A stretch of DNA of 64,000 bases. Source: Proteobacteria bacterium UBA5122 (GTDB lineage Bacteria; Pseudomonadota; Gammaproteobacteria; Tenderiales; Tenderiaceae). This document shows positions 63,178 to 64,000 of this stretch, piece by piece. Every line of letters begins with the position of its first letter. Position 1 is the first letter of the stretch. Below the pieces are notes generated by a model that saw only the letters and a list, made by a program, of their open reading frames with translations, ran no database searches and was not told the origin of the DNA. Made by a program: the position numbers and the translations under genes. The stretch lies in assembly GCA_002415485.1 (NCBI GenBank), contig DHYU01000060.1:8181-72180 (forward strand). The letters run 5' to 3'.

Positions 63178-63203
63178 GTTACGAATTAAAATTTTCGTGT
63201 TAC
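63178..63203. promoter_or_regulatory. AT-rich repeat element upstream of the receptor gene (possible metalloregulator operator)
   Basis: GTTACGAA-ttaaaatt-TTCGTGTTAC. It has an ACGAA/TTCGT inverted repeat and a GTTAC direct repeat, 39-64 nt upstream of the ATG. It matches the Fur consensus only weakly (~10/19). Confidence 0.2.
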
Positions 63204-63355
63204 TTTTTGAAGGCGCGAATCGTAGCACTAAATAAATAAACGTGCCACATGCAAGAAATAAAATCTGGGTTTGAATATGTGGTGGGAGGCGAATGCGAGG
63301 CGCTTGGGCTACACTGCCGGAAGATTTGGTTGCTGTGCGACACAGGAGGTGTGTG

Positions 63356-64000
63356 ATGTTGAGGGTGGTGGGGTGTTTGATCGGGATGTCGTTCGCCTGC
63401 ATGGTTCAGGCGGGGCCGGAGTTGAGTGGAACGCCCCAGGAGCTGAGTCAGTATCTATTGGATCAAAAACAGATAGTGAGTCTGTCGGCGATGGCGCAGG
63501 AGGTGGTGGAGGTCGATACGGCGATCGTGGCGCTGAGTGTCCATACCAAACACAGTCAGTTGGATCGGGCCTTGACCGACAATGAGCGTGTGCGGCGCGA
63601 GATCCGGCAGAGCCTGCAGGGTGCGGGGATAGAAGAGGCGAGTATTCAGGCATCACGTTTTTCGTCGACGCCGAATTACAGCTGGTACAAAGACAAACCC
63701 TCGAGCTATGAGATCAGCAATGAAATCAAGGTCACGATCAGCGATGAGACCCAGTTGCGGGCCATCGCCGGCCTGGTGGATACGCGTAAAGAGGTCACTC
63801 TGGGCGCGACGGAGTTTAAAGACTCCAGCGAAGAGGCGAATGAGCTGAAGGTGTTGCAGCGGGCACTGGCCAAGGTCGAACAGAAAAAGGCGCTGTACGA
63901 GCGTGAGCTGGGTATCAAGCTGGTGCCGGTGCGTGTGTTGGAACAGCATGTGTATGCACAGCCGGTGATGCGTCAGCGTGCGTCACAGCAAGAAATGATG
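63356..64000 (+). CDS. SIMPL/DUF541-like periplasmic protein, C-terminally truncated by the window end
   Basis: The ATG at 63356 follows AGGAGG. It has a signal peptide 'MLRVVGCLIGMSFACMVQA'. The frame stays open for all 215 codons to position 64000. The alternating pattern resembles BP26/SIMPL proteins. It is absent from the ORF track because no stop falls inside the window. Confidence 0.55.
   Translation, partial: MLRVVGCLIGMSFACMVQAGPELSGTPQELSQYLLDQKQIVSLSAMAQEVVEVDTAIVALSVHTKHSQLDRALTDNERVRREIRQSLQGAGIEEASIQASRFSSTPNYSWYKDKPSSYEISNEIKVTISDETQLRAIAGLVDTRKEVTLGATEFKDSSEEANELKVLQRALAKVEQKKALYERELGIKLVPVRVLEQHVYAQPVMRQRASQQEMM

Noticed and set aside
63161-63203. Fur box upstream of the TonB-dependent receptor.
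   Set aside because: The best alignment to GATAATGATAATCATTATC is only about 10/19. I kept it only as a low-confidence generic operator candidate.
1-64000. Search for tRNA, rRNA, tmRNA, integrase, transposase, CRISPR-cas or toxin-antitoxin pairs.
   Set aside because: I recognised none by eye in any intergenic region or ORF. A proper tRNAscan, Infernal or ISfinder run would be needed to exclude small RNAs.

Overview
This is a 64-kb, high-GC chromosomal segment that looks gammaproteobacterial. The gene order pyrR-pyrB-pyrC', ruvX, yqgE/algH, tonB, then gshB recalls Pseudomonas-type synteny (from memory, not a search). I call about 63 protein-coding genes. I found no rRNA, tRNA, CRISPR array, transposase or integrase by eye. 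Most genes are housekeeping: pyk, argG, gloA, the pyr genes, ruvX, gshA/gshB, bioA, sbcB, rsmE, rlmJ and apbE. Several accessory pockets stand out.

- **21.3-24.0 kb:** a tightly coupled four-gene cassette. It encodes a MotA/ExbB-like channel protein and a MotB/ExbD-like anchor whose output domain is vWA/MIDAS-like, flanked by a 4-TM protein and a lipoprotein. This is my best candidate for an undescribed system.
- **35.8-37.6 kb:** a SET-domain gene translationally coupled to a PLP-dependent decarboxylase.
- **43.9-46.2 kb:** an insertion that splits an ApbE / NusG-II / Gx-transporter cluster. It carries a dGTPase, an AT-rich orphan transglutaminase-like ORF and a dense hairpin array.
- **15.2-20.0 kb:** an AT-richer PhnD-like binding protein, a histidine kinase and a sigma54 activator (AioXSR-like layout).
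- **27.5-31.0 kb:** a flavoprotein disulfide reductase, an ECF sigma, a soluble zinc anti-sigma and an NRAMP-like operon.
- **32.6-35.7 kb:** an envelope trio with two different C-terminal sorting tails.
- **58.5-63.2 kb:** a complete TonB-dependent uptake cassette.

All functional calls rest on motif recognition in the translated ORFs. No database search was run.
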